DNA of 64,000 nucleotides from Cenococcum geophilum (Eukaryota), in NCBI GenBank assembly GCA_050273025.1, contig CP158636.1:496001-560000 (forward strand), in the 5' to 3' direction. The notes below the pieces were generated by a model. The model was not told where the DNA came from, did no database searches, and saw nothing but the letters and a program-made list of their open reading frames with translations. Of this stretch, positions 37,551 to 51,620 are shown piece by piece. The translations under genes were made by a program, and so were the position numbers. How positions within the stretch are numbered: position 1 is the first letter of the stretch; each line of letters opens with the position of its first letter.

Positions 37551-39267
37551 TATAACGGAACCTTATAGGAAATACTACGGTAGATTTATTAATGGGTTAG
37601 GTGTATAGATATTAAACTTAATTAACAATGTAATAATAACTAGTAGAGTAGTTAACTAATAAATTAACTCTAATTATATTCTAAGATTTACTATTAGGAG
37701 AGAACTATTTATGGTAGGGACTAAGGTCCTTTAAATATATAACTATACTCCTAAAAAATCCTCCCCTGTATATAAAGTACGTCTTATATATATTATACGT
37801 ATATTTCCTTTATATACCGTATATAATGCGTATAATATTATATAACCTTAGTTACTATTTCTTATTATATAGTTTTACGGGCTCTATCCTAGACTATACC
37901 TATATTAACTAACTAGCTTCTTTTAACTCTTCTCTAAGTAGTTGTAATATTATGCTTATAGCGTCTATAACATTATCTCCCTCCTCTTTATCTTTGTCCT
38001 TAAAGATTCCTAATATTTTTAAGTTATTTACTAGAGATATAATATCCGTCTAATTAATTTAGTTAATATCTCTACTTATTATACCTAAAGCATCTTCCTC
38101 TTTATAAGCGCAATGTTATGCTTATACTATTACTGCTATTTTATTACTTAGTGAGATAATGCTGTCTCTATGTTCTTGTTATGCGAAAAAGGGATTAGTC
38201 TATATTATATTAGTGAGTCCTTCCTCCTAGTAACCCCCTTTTTATTTAGAGTGCACTAAAGTAAATATTTAATTATCTTACGATATTTGCTTTGTTCTAA
38301 CGCTAAGTATATACGTTTTATTATTCTTAGTAGTTTTTAAGTTCTCTAAGTAATTTATGATAGGGTTTTATATTTAATCTACCGCTATAAAGCTAGATAG
38401 TAAGCTAACTTAGGCTTTTATTAAGTTAGAGCGTTCTTATAATATAGAGCAAAAGGCTCTAAAGGCCTATATTACTGCATCTACTTATCTATTTTATCTT
38501 AAAAAGGTTTATAAGAAGGTCTGTTTTAAGAAGTAGAAACTTATAAAATATAGTCTAGCTAAGCTAGGCAATAAGAGAGTAATATCTTTAGAGAAGGAAA
38601 TAACTCTAAGTAATGTAGTAGCTGCTCTTCCTAGGTCCCCCTTAGGTAACTCGTCCTTTAATAATCCTTTTTTAATACTTCCTAACCTACTTTCTTTTTA
38701 ATACTTCTATGCCTTTCCTATAGCGTTCTTTAGGTTACTTAATAGTTTCTAGGTAGTCTTATTATAGCCTATTAATTTTACTTTATACTATATTTTATTA
38801 TCTATATCCTTATATCTAATAATCTTTAAAACTTACTATTTATTTTCTTTCTACCCTCTATATATGTCTTCCTTATAAACTAGTAGCTTAATATTCCTAT
38901 ATACTGGCTCTAGTATTATAATATACTATATAGGGTAGATCTTTATCTTAGCTAGTAAGTTTAACTTAAATATAACTGGTGAAATTATCTATATAATTTT
39001 AAAAGGTCTTAATCTAACGTAGTTTAACTTCTTACTAAGTTATTAACTCTTGAAATTTTTATATAGTAGCTATACTTTATCTCCCTCCTTAAGATTTAGT
39101 CCTTTAGATCTCTTAGTATTATAATACCTTTTTATCCTTTGCTGTACTAGTTTAGCTGTTTCTATAAGGTCTATATAAAGATTTATTAACGTCTTTATTC
39201 TTTCTTTAGCTATACTACTTATTTTCTTTACTTAATATAGCGATAATAATATTCTTAACTTATACCC
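37551..39267 (-). mobile_element. Gypsy A copy 3, 3' end (3' LTR 37551-37972, accessory gene, chromodomain/integrase end)
   Basis: Reverse complement of 5750-9858 without the Copia insert. Cut at 39267 by Gypsy B. Confidence 0.88.
38081..38660 (+). pseudogene. Antisense accessory gene of Gypsy A, copy in element 3
   Basis: IPKASSS..LSLCSCYAKKGLVYI..YLECTKVN..SYDI, followed after a probable intron by a helical charged segment. Confidence 0.65.
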
Positions 39268-42200
39268 TATTACGGAACCCTACCGTAGGGGCCTCTATAG
39301 AAGAGCCCCGTGCTCTTATATATACCTTACGTATAGCTTACGTCAGCTACACGTAGGTATATTACTTTCTTACACCTTTAACCCTTATAATTGATTATAT
39401 AACGTCTTATAGACTCCTTAAATACATACGCTCTATAGCTATTGCCCCCGTCCTATAACATTATATTACGCTTTTTTATTATTAACGCTTAGCCTATAAC
39501 TAATTCTATATCTCTATAATACTATAGGCGCTACTAAAAGCAGTATGTTTCCTACTTTATACCTCTAAAGAACTAATAATAGTATAATAAAATTCCTTAC
39601 TAGCTATTATATTAAACTTAAAGAACAATCTAATACCTATATTAAACCCATAACGCCAATTAATCCCAAAAGGATTTAATTTATTAGCCTTAGCCTTAAC
39701 CCCTAAAGGGAAGCCTAGCGGCTTAAAAAACTACAATAATCTTAATAAGGTAGACATTAATAATATCTTATCTTTTATTAACTATATAACTATAGACAAA
39801 TAAGCTAAAGGGCTATTACTCATTAAGATTAAGATATGAGACGCTGAGATATTTATAAAAATAGTAATATAAAAACCTAATAAATACTACCGCCTTTTAC
39901 AGAACTATTATTTAAAGCTTATACGAGCTAAGATATATACTACCTAAGATTATAATATTATCTAAGACCTATAAGCTTATAAGGCGCTTACTAATAATAT
40001 ATGCTAAGAGATTAAAGACGACCTTTACGTGTCTAAACGCGACATCTAACAATTAAAAAAGGCTAAGATTATACTTATTACAACGGTTACTAAAAGAGAG
40101 GGTATAATTAAATACCTACAATCTTAGCTTAATAAGCGTATTTGTAATAATACTAAACACCCCTCTACTGTATATAACGCTATCTATATCTCTATGCCCC
40201 TAGTAACCTTATCTACTTAACGCTTAATAAAGAGTTAGTACTAAGCAGCTTCGCTTAATAGGAACCCCTACTATAGTAGTAATGATAAAAGCTATAATAA
40301 CTAAACCTAAACTGCTATTATAGGGTCTAATATACGCTACCCTAATCCCTTAATCTTTAAAGGTGACCGTAAGAAATACAGCCACTAAAAGATATAAATC
40401 CTTAAAAAACTAGCCTAGAGCGCCTGCCTTTTCCCTATAAAAGATGCTAAAATTAGCTATATTATTGGGCAAATAAAGGGCATCCTATTTAATAGGCTCT
40501 TTGCTTAATAGAATACTAGCAGTCCTTAAAAATAGTAGTCCTACTAAAAAGTCCTTAATAACCTTAACTAAATATACCGCGACTATAGCCTAGTGGTCAC
40601 TAGTTAAGCTAAACTACGTGCTATAAAGATAAGTCCTACTAAATTATTTAATAAGTTCTATGTTAACTTTTAGGAATATACTAGAGTTCTTACCTAAGAT
40701 AATACTAAAGACTAGGAAGATCTTCTTAAAAAAGTTACTTATCGCCTTAGTTACGCAGCCGCTAGCTACAATTATAATGATGTTTATAATATAATAGCAG
40801 CCCTATAAAAGATTAAACAACGACTAAACTAAATCGCTACTATAAACCTATACCTAAAGACCTCCTTATAGAAGCCTTCCAGACCTATTAAACTACTAAC
40901 TCCTACTACCCTAAACAATACTACTGGTCCTAATATTAACCTCTCTATACTAACCTTCCTATAAAAACTACTAGATAGAGAATATAAGCTACTCTAAAAG
41001 CTAAGGCGTTGCTATAAATGCCGTTAAGAAGGCTGTTATAGCTATGGCCTAAACTGCCTAATAGCTAGGTTTAGTAGCTGACGCCTAATACTTAATCTAG
41101 TACCTTAAACACTAAATAGGTCGCTATATACTACTACCATATAAGACAAAGACGTAGTAATAGCAGTAGAGTTAGATACGGAAACGGAAAATGCTAAATC
41201 TTAGCCTAAGTTGTAGGTTAGGACGCCCTAATAATAAGGGGATCTATATATCGGCCTGCTTAATAGATAACTTAGTAAAGATAAATAGACAGAAATAGAT
41301 AGTTTTACCTATAATAGGAATTACTGCCAAAAAACAGTATAAAAGCCATTCTATAATTAATTACAGAGCTATTAATAAATTTATAGATACCTAATTTATA
41401 CGCACTTATAACCTACCTACCTTACCCCTTACTAAAGCCCGCGCCCTATTACTTGCTAATAGTAGTTATACTATATAGAAGATTACCTATATAGTATAAC
41501 TCTACCTAGATATAAATAGGCACTAGGAAGAGCTCTAGGCCTATATTATACTACTTGCTAACTACCCTATTATCCTTAAAATAAACTAACTTAAATAATA
41601 TAACTCCGCCATTAACTAGAAAAAGAGAGAAGTAATATTTAACTCTAAATACTATAAAGAGACTTGCCTAGGATATAGCCTAGCCGCCTTTATATACTCC
41701 CTAAGATACTAACTTAAGGAACCCCTTATTACTTTACCTATAACTAACTACTATTATATAAGTGTTATAGCCTTCTATCGCATAGTATATAGAAAAGGCT
41801 AAACTATTACTATAGCCTCTTAATTATAACTATATATGCTTAATAAAGAACAAAACTATATCCTCTATAGTAATAGGATAGATATAGTCAACCTCCTAGA
41901 AAACGATGCCCCTGTAAAACTCTACGGACTTTTACCTTTAGACTTTAAAAAGTTTATAAAGCTTAAAAAGGGACTTACTAATAAGGAACTCCGTAAGCTC
42001 CTCCCTAAGAGGTACTATAACTTTATTAACGTATGCTTATAAAAGAGCGTAGATATACTCCCCCCACATTAACCTAATAACTATGCTATTAATATTAAAT
42101 AAGGAAAAAAGCTACCCTATAAGAGACCCTATTTAATATTAAAAGAAGAACTTCTAGTTATTAAAAAATATATTAACGAGCACCTTAATAAAGGGTTTAT

Positions 42201-43187
42201 TTATCCTAGTATATCCCTAGTAGCCGCCTCTATCCTCCTTACTAAGAAGCTAAAAAAAGGTATTTAATTCTACGTTAACTATAGAAGACTTAACGCTATT
42301 ATAATTAAGAACTAATACCCCGTACCGCTTATATATAAAACTTTTAAGCGGCTTAACTAAGCCAAAATCTATACTAAGCTTAATATTATTACTGCCTTTA
42401 ACCGCCTTTAAATACGGAAAGGTAATAAATGGAAAATCGCATTTATATCTCGCTTTAGCCAATTTAAATATACTGTTATACCCTTTGGCGTATATAACGG
42501 CCTAGGCAGCTTTTAAAGCTATATTAATAACGCCCTACGGAACTACCTTAACGACTTCTGCTCTACGTACCTAGATAATATACTTATTTATAGCAACGAC
42601 CCTTTTAAGTATACTAAGTATATTTAAAAGGTCCTATAGCGCTTTAGGGACATAGGACTTTATATTAATTTAAAGAAGTGCAAATTCTTAGTTATAAAAG
42701 TAAAATACCTTAAACTAATCGTTACTATTAAGGGTGTCCGTATAAACCCTAAGAAGGTATATATAATTACTAAATAGCAAACCCCTAACTGTATTAAGGA
42801 CGTAAAGCTTTCTTTAGTTTTGCTAACTTCTATTAAAAATTTATATATAACTTCTTGGGTAATATAGTACTACTTATAGCAATAATGTAAATAAAGGGCC
42901 TTTCCGCAAAAGAAAGAGAAAAAAAATTTATATTTTATCTGGACGCCTAAATATAAGAAGGTATTTTAAGACCTTAAAGATACTTTTACCAAAGCACCTA
43001 TTTTAGCTCACTTTATACTAGAATAATAACTCTATCTTAAGACTAACTCCTTAAACTACGTTAATGTAGGTATTTTTTCTTAGATAGGCGATAACGGTCT
43101 CCTCTACCTAGTCGCATTCTATTTGTTTAAGCTTATACTATAAAAATATAACTATAAGATCTATAATAAGAAACTTCTCGCAATTAT
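39268..43187 (+). mobile_element. Gypsy family B, 5' part (LTR 39268-39460, gag, protease, RT, RNase H), truncated
   Basis: LTR tattacgg..ctataaca. Zinc knuckle RCYKCR*EG at ~41007. YLD(N)ILIYS at ~42568. YKIYNKKLLAII at ~43155. Confidence 0.88.
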
Positions 43188-43619
43188 TTTTATTTTTATT
43201 TTATTTTTTATTTTATATCCGTTGTATTATACTACGTATAATACTACGCATGCAGCCTCTAGGCTATAGCGCTATAGTCCTATATATATAAATCCCTTAG
43301 GGTAGCTTAATATATACTAGTAACTATATCCTAGTAGTTTATAAGCCCCTAAACTAGGGGTTTATAGTTCCTTAGTAAAATACTAAGTTATAAGCAATTA
43401 CTAGGTAATAAGAAAACGGTAGAAAACTATAAGAAATAAGAAATCCTAACGCCTTTCCCTATCCTTTTGTAATTTGATTCTGTCCTTTTACTTATTAATA
43501 TCTCTTTACTAGAAGCCTAGTAGGAGTTACCTCCTTCTATAAATCCTACTGTTATTAGCTACTTTCTAGTAGCTATCCCTGTCCTACTTAAAAATAGGAA
43601 AAGCGCCTCTTTTCCTTTT
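43188..43619 (-). mobile_element. 3' end of a poly(A) non-LTR element sharing its last ~135 nt with the SINE-like family
   Basis: T-rich tail followed by tatatccgttgtattatactacgtataatactacgcatgcagcctctaggctatagcgc, the reverse complement of ~16600-16706. Sequence further upstream diverges. Confidence 0.8.
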
Positions 43620-44148
43620 TATAACGGAGCCTTGCAGTAAGAACTACGGTAGACTTGTTAATAGGCTAGGTATATAGGTAATACAAGTAAGTTAATAACG
43701 TAATAACAACTAATGGAGTGGTTACCTAATAGATTAACTCTAATTGTATTCTAAGAATTACTATAAGGAAGGAATTATCTAGGTAGGGACTAAGGGTCCT
43801 TAAATACACAACTATACTCCTATAAAATTCTCCTTATATATAATATACGTGTTATATATAAGGTATATAAGTTCCTTTCGTTCCTCGCGTTTAATACGTA
43901 GCACGTTATATAACCTTAGCTACTATTCCTTATTATATAGTTCCACGGGTTTTATTTTGGACCGTGCTTATATTAACTAACTAGCTTCTTCTAACTCTTC
44001 TTTAAGTAGTTATAACATTATACTTAAAGCGTTTATAACACTATCTCCCTCCTCTCTATTTTTGTCCTTAAAGATACCTAGTATCTCTAAGTTATTTACT
44101 AGAGGTATAATATCCGCTTAATTAATTTGGTTAATATTATTACTTATA

Positions 44149-44745
44149 ATACCTAAAGCCTCTTCTTCTTTATACGCGCAACGTTATGCCCGCACTATTA
44201 CTGTAATATTATTACTTAGTAAAATAATACCATCTCCGTGTTCTCGTTATTTGAAAAAGGGGTTAGTTTATATTACGTTAGTAAGTCCTTTATCTTAATA
44301 ACCCTCTTCTTATTTAGAGTGCACTAAGGCAAACATTTAATTATTTTATAATATTCACTCTACCTCTAATACTAAATGTGCGTGTCTTATAACTCTTAAT
44401 AGTCTCTAAGTTCCCTAAGTAATTTATTATAGGGTTTTGTGTTTAATTTACTGCTATAAAGCTTAATAGTAACCTAGTATAGGCCCTTGCGAAGCTTAAA
44501 TATTCTTAAAATACGGAATAGAAGGCCCTAAACGCTTATATTGCGGCGTCTGCTTATTTACTTTATTTTAAGAAAGTTCGTAAGAAAGTTTATTTTAAGG
44601 AGTGGAAACTTATAGAATAAGGTCTATAGAAACTTGGTAATAAAAGAATAGATTCTCTTTTAATAGAGAAGGAAATAACTTTAAGTAGTTTAGTAGTCGC
44701 TCTTCCTAGGTCCCCCTTAGGTGGCTCGTTCTTTAGCGATTTCCG
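44149..44745 (+). pseudogene. Antisense accessory gene of Gypsy A, best-preserved copy, intron 44378-44432
   Basis: PSPCSRY..GLVY..SSYLECTKAN..FY. The intron GTGCGT..CTAAG..TAG joins T|GG (Trp) in frame to ..AASA.LL.LKKVRKKV.FKEWKL... Confidence 0.7.
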
Positions 44746-44893
44746 TTTATTAATATTACCTAACCTTTTCTCTTTTAATACTCCTATACCTTTCCTATAG
44801 CGTTCTTTAGGTTCTCTAGTAGCTCCTAGGTAGTCTTATTATAGCCTATTTACTTTACTTTGTACTATATTTTATCGTCTATATCCTTATAAC

Positions 44894-47800
44894 TGTTGGG
44901 AATAAGGTAAGCGGTCGTCACGTGTCGTTACGTGTCGCCACAGCACTAGTGTAGTAAGGAACCTTAGGTTCCTTACCCACCCCCTAATTCTAAATAATAA
45001 GCTTTATTAACTAACATTCACTATATCTACTTGAGTAGCATTGGTGAGTTACCCTATAACACCAACACTGATTAGTGGTTAAATATACAGTTAACTATAG
45101 AGCAGCTAGGTTATTAATAGAAAAGACAGTCTCGTATAGGGGTGCCATATGCGCTTATATGGAATGGATCCCGGCGATACTATACTACCTTAAACTTGCG
45201 GAAAACTAGTAATAGAAGTGTTACTAAATACTAGGAGATACTAAGTTGCGTCTATTACGCAGAACAATTACGTTTATAAAGATTTGGTTAAGTACTTTAG
45301 GTTAGAAGTGTTACTAAACCTAAGGTCCCAAGTTGATGTCTAAAACGCGTTGAATAACATCTTAAATTGCCCACCTTTAGACAGTAAACCTACAAAATTC
45401 TATAAAACCAAAAATCCTGCCTACCTTTAACGTATAACACCTTGTTGATTCTACCTACTATAGCGTTAACCTATCTAAAGAAATATAAGAAAGATATTAA
45501 CCCAGAGATATAGGATAAAGCTATAACTAACTTTGTAACTGCTAAGCAATAGAACCTAAATAGATTCTTAGTATACCGTATGGAACACTATAAAGATAGT
45601 AAATATAATAATACCGCGCTATAGTATTGTATAAAGGAGGACTTTATTAAATAAATAAAGGAAATATAGGTTCCTATAAATAAAGATATTATATAGGACT
45701 TCTATAACTTCCTTTGGGAGTATAGAGTATTTATCCCTATAGATGGGGGTAGTATTAGGGATAATATTTAGGAACACGTTATTAATGTAAAGGAAGAGTA
45801 TAAATAGACTCTATAAGAGATTAAGCACTAACTACGCACTATAAAGAAGCTTAAATTATAATAGAACCTAAGTAATACACTACTAGAGACACGTTTTAAC
45901 TCTATTACTCTAGGTATAAGTTCTAATATTCTATATCTATCGCCTCCACCTCTATCTTTAACTCCCCTATATTAACTAGCTTAACCTATAGCCTTAATTA
46001 ATAACCCCTAATAAGTATAAAATCCCCTTACTTCGCGGTTTAATAACCTTTAAACTCCGCTAACTAGATCTATATTACTATTACAGCCTATAATATAATA
46101 TAGCTAAATACTAATTGGAGGCACCTTAAAAATGCTTATAGAGCTTATAAAGCTCTATTTAGAATAGGAGAAAAAGTTTAGCAGAGAACTGTATAATATC
46201 CTTAATTCAAAGTTATGTATCTTCTATGACTATTACCAGAAGGTTAAACTAAAACCCAATTAATACCATATTGCTTATTTAGTTATGCTTAAGGGCCGAG
46301 CTAGTACCTTCTATTATAATCGTTTAGTAGGAAAAGGATACAATTTTAACTAAATAATATATAAAATAAGATGCTACTTTAAAATAGAGGAGAATAAGTA
46401 GCAGTATATATTGGAGTAGAGAGAGACTACCTTCTTAAAAATTATTGCTATAAACCCAGGTGCCTCTTAACTTAATTATCTTTAAAAGCTCTTTAATTAA
46501 CTCTAGATAATTTAGTATGGTTTATCCAAATTATATTAAGAGAACTTTAGCTTATGTAATTAAGTTATTAGCGTATACTAAGGTATTAAAAAATATAACC
46601 TTACTCTCTTTAACTCTATAAGTACTTATAAAGGAATATATACTTAATTAAGATCCTTTATTAGTACCGCCCTACGCTCTTAAGAAGTATAGCAATTTAA
46701 CGCCTAACTTTAACCTACTTTAATCGACCTGGCTGACCAACATAATTATAACTGGACTAATTAAATATATAGTGGTTGTAGTAGGGGATACGGTAGAGGG
46801 TACGATTAACGTTAACTATAAAGTAATTGTGGAGGTCCTTATAGAGGTTTATTTCGTAATAATTAGTAGAAGAAATACTATATTTATAAAAAGCCAAATT
46901 ACTAGTTAACTAGACACCCCCTTAATAGATAAAAGGAGGTATATAATAAGTTTCGCTAAAGTGCACGAAACGTTAGAAACTAAAAAGTCACTATAACCTA
47001 CTTCTAAAGCTTCCTAATTTAATATAAAGGTGAAGAAGATCTTAAGGGTAAGATTAACAAGGCTAAACAGCTCCTTATAAATATAAAAATTAAGAACTAC
47101 TCTCCCAACTAATACTTTACTAAGTATAGTAAGGTAAATAGCGCACAAACCGTTGCTATCCTTAATAACTAATCTACGCTCCATTCTATTATAAGGTTAG
47201 ATATCTTTAATAAGCTAAAGGAAAGTTCTGCGTTCTCCTTTAATAACAGATACTTAGCGAACGTCTTTTATGGTATTATACCAGATACTAGAGCCGCAGA
47301 AGTATCTATAGTAGGAGAATCTTAAGTCCGAGCTCTTTAGCAGCTTAATAGTTCTATCTAGATTAACTAATTAACGGTAGGCCAATATACAATTCGCTTT
47401 AGTAAGGGTACTATAATCTCTCTCGGTATAATTAAGGTCCAAACCCCGTTAGGATATATTACTTTCTATATTATTCCCATAAATACCCTATTTCTATTCT
47501 ATATCCAAAATATAAATAAATTAGGCGTTAAGCTTAACAACCTTAAGAATATACTTATTTAGGGAGATAATTGGGTGCCCGTTATACGCAAATAGGGTCA
47601 CCCTTAGTTGCTCCTTTAATAGTTAGAAAGGAGCGTTACTTAGAGTTACTTAACTAAGTTAGAGCTATGTTAACTATATCGTCGTTTTAGCCACCTATCT
47701 GTTTACTAACTACTTAGGGTTCTTTAATAAGTAGGTTATGAAGTTAAGGTTAAGGCGATTAAACATCTTATAAAGTACTGCTATTACTGTTAAATAAACT

Positions 47801-50800
47801 AGAAGTCCCCCGGCCAATTTAAGTTTACCCTTAAAGATAACTATAACTTTAACTTTTATATTATTATAGATGTTATATATCTTAGCGGCAAGCTAGTACT
47901 CTAAGTTATTGACTTTTTAACCTCCTTCTAAGCCGCACGCTTTTTAAAAGATATATTAGCTAGGAACACATAGGATACTCTTTAATTATACTAGATTAAT
48001 GTCTACCTAAGACCCCCTAATTAAATCGTTTATAATATAGGAAAGAACTTCTTATCTATGGAGTTTTAATAATAGGTAAAGGTAATAACAATTAAGGTTA
48101 AGGAAGTCCCCGTTAAGGCACATAATAGTATTAAAAAGGTAGAACAATACTATACGCTATTACGCCACGTATATAAGATTATTTCTTTAAAACTAAAGGG
48201 TACTAGTGAAGAGCTTATCCTATAGATAGCTATTAAGGCTATTAATAATACCACTGGCCCAGATAGGCTTATACCTACGTTACTAGTCTTTAGCGCCTAC
48301 CTTTAAATAACTAATAATTCTCTACTATCTCCCTCTATTATATAATAAGCTAAGGCGATTTACAAGGTAATAAAGAAGGTGTGATATCTCTACGCCACGC
48401 GCTAGGTTAATAACGTACTAGGAATAAGAAATGGCCTAAACACCTTAACTACGCTTAATTTGCCACTCTAATCTAAGGTACGCGTATGGCGTAAAAAGGG
48501 AAAATAGTTAGGCCTATATAAACTTATTATAATTAATAGTTAGACTTATATTCTTTAGATGCCCTATAGACCTACTTAATTTTATTTAACTATTATTAAG
48601 CCTTACTATAAAGATAACAGTTCTAAGCCTTTATAGGATACCTTAAAAGATACCCTAGGAGATATCCTAGAGGAGAACTATAATTAACGTGCCCTAGAAG
48701 GCGACTATAACCCTAATATAACTATAGTAGATACGCCGTAACTATGACGCGGTAGAGGTCGCCTAAAGGGATTATAAAACCGCCAACACCTTATTAATTT
48801 TGAAGAGTAACTTATTACCGCTATTAAGAATAGAGTTAAGCTATTAATAGCCTTTATAATAGCTAAAGAGAAGGTTAACTTTAAGCTCGCAAAACAGCTC
48901 TAAAAGAAAGGCCGTATTATAACTTTAGGAGCTCCTTTCTAAGCATCTAATAAGTAGGAGATTGACGGTCTTATTATAAGAGGAGTCTTTAAGTTTAAGA
49001 AGTATAACCCTACTAAGTTTAATAGGGTTTGTATATTTAGGTTAAGAATAGTTAATAAGATTAAAGGTAAAGCTACCGATACCCCATTTAAGAAGTTAAG
49101 GCTAGTTATTTAAGGTTATAATGATAACGGTAAGGAAGTAATTCTTACGTAATCCCCTATAATTTAACGAGCTAGTTAGCAAGTTATTGTTACGCTAGCT
49201 CCCTCCTTAATAAAGAATAGAATAGCGGTTTATTTATGAGATATTACCTAAGCCTATACCTAATTAGAGATACGCCTTTAGCGCTTAATACTAGCATACC
49301 TTCTAGAGTAAATTCGCCACCAATATCCCAAAGATATGATTATGGTTGTACTTAAGCCACTATATAGAATCGCAGAGGCAGGAACTTATTAGTGGGCTAC
49401 TTACAGTAAGCACCACAAAGAGAAGCTTTTAATGACTACTTCTATATTTAATCCCTGCTTCCTTATTACAGCCACGGGAACTTTATTTAGAATTATCGGT
49501 ATATAAATAAATGATATAATTATCTTAGGAGACGACTAATTCTTAGCTCTTAAAGAAGATAAGCTAGTAAAGGTAAACCTTATAGCAAAGCCAAAGGAAA
49601 GACTTAATTTAATAATACTATTACTCTTTAATAGATGTATTATTTCCCTAAATAAGGATTCTATTGCCCTACGCTAGAAAGGTTAAGGTAAGAAGATTAA
49701 TGTTATTAATATTAATTCTCTAAAGTAAGGATATGTGGAGTAACGCGCTTGTAGAGCTTATATAGCTTCTATCTGTTAACCTAAAGCTTCCTTTAATCTC
49801 TCTATTGCCGCCTAATACTAGAAACTAACTAAGGATAATATTTTTAACCTAAATAAGCGTTTTTCCTAGTAAATAAACCATCTTAATTAGGGACTACTCT
49901 ACGTGCCTATTAATCTTCCTACCGCTAAGCTATTTGTGTTTATTAATAGATCGTTTATAAATAATAAAGATTTTAGCTCCTAGCTAGGATATAAGATTAT
50001 TATAGTAAACAAATCTACCGGAGAAAATGACTTTATAATCCACGGCAATCTTATCTATTAAAGCTTAACTAAGAGTAAACGCGTTACTTAAAGCGTTCTA
50101 GCGTTAGAGATATATAGAATAGTTAGTAGAGTTAATATAGCAATTATAATTAGAACTACCCTTAAGATAATTATAAATTAACTTAAACTTCCTATTATCT
50201 CTATAATCGTATGCACTAACTTATATTCCCTCTATAAGTATTTAGTTAAGCTTAGTACTATAAAGGAGAAGCGCCTTATAATCGATATTATAGCACTTTA
50301 GCAGTCCTATAAGTATTAAAAACTCTTTAAGATCTAATAAATTAATAGCTAAGATAACTTAGTAGATATAATAATAAAGGTAAACCTAAATAAGGCACTA
50401 GAGACGTTTGTTAATATAAATACTCTATATATACGAGTTAAAGGTTAAGTTAAAAGGGAAATTTAGAGAAGTTAAGATCTTATAGAACTTTAACCGCTGG
50501 TTAAAGTTATCTAATTGGTTAGATTTTTACTAAGAGCGCTACGCCTAATTAATTCGGGTGGCGGTATAAAGTTCTGCTAATGCTATTTATTAAGCTGGCT
50601 AATTAGGATTTTTTATCCCTGGGATAGAAAATCGCCATTAGCTCGGCTAAGAGCGGTAAGCGGAACTAACATCTTTGTACGAACCCGTATATTTACCTAC
50701 GCTACCTCTTCCCCTTTATTTCTTCTTCTTCTTCTCCTTAGCTTTATATCTTTATATAGTAGCAATCTATAAGTGTATATAGATAGCAACTATAAAAGAA

Positions 50801-50984
50801 GAGTTGTTAGTGTTGGGAATAAGGTAAGCGGTTATTACGTATTGTCATATATCGCCGCGGCACTAGCGTGGTAAGGAACCTTAGGTTTCTTACCTACCCC
50901 CTAATTCTAAACAATAAGCTTTATTAACTAACATTTATTATGTCTACTTAAGTAGCATTAGTGAGTTACCCTATAACACTAACA
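44894..50984 (+). mobile_element. Full-length Copia LTR retrotransposon (6.09 kb), RIPed
   Basis: LTRs at 44894-45067 and 50811-50984. TSD ATAAC. Domain order gag, protease (PDTRAA), integrase (YRRFSH, HNSI.KVE.Y), RT (K.RLVI.GY, LKPLY.IAEAG), RNase H. Confidence 0.93.
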
Positions 50985-51620
50985 ATAACTAACAATTTTT
51001 AAAACTTACTATTTATCTTCCTTTTATCCTCTATACGTGTTTACTTTATAAATTGGTGGCTTAATATTTCTATATACTAGCTCTAGTATTATAATATGCT
51101 ATATAGGGTAGATCTTTATCCTAGCTAATAGGTTTAACTTAAATATAACCAATAAAATTTTTTATATAATTTTAAAAGGTTCTAGTCTAACGTAGTTTAA
51201 CTTCTTACTTAGTTGTTAACTCTTGAAATTTTTATATAGTAGCTATACTTTATCTCCCTCCTTAAGATCTAGTCCCTTAGATCTCTTAGCATTATAGTAC
51301 TTTTTTTATCCTTTATTATACTACCTTAGCTATTTCCGTAAGGTCTATATAAAGATTTATTAAACTCTTTATTCTTTATTTAGCTATACTACTTATCTTC
51401 TTTACTTAACGTAGCGATAATAAGGTCCTTAGCTTATATCCGTAATTCGCCTTAAATAGTAATATACCTATTCCTTTTTATAGTATTGCATTATATATAA
51501 ACTATATAATTAGTAATAGCGATACCTAATTATTCTATACATAATTAATATAATGCCTTAGATACTGTTCTAGTATCTAATTTAATCTTTTTATTTAACC
51601 ATCTGTCTGTAGATAATATA

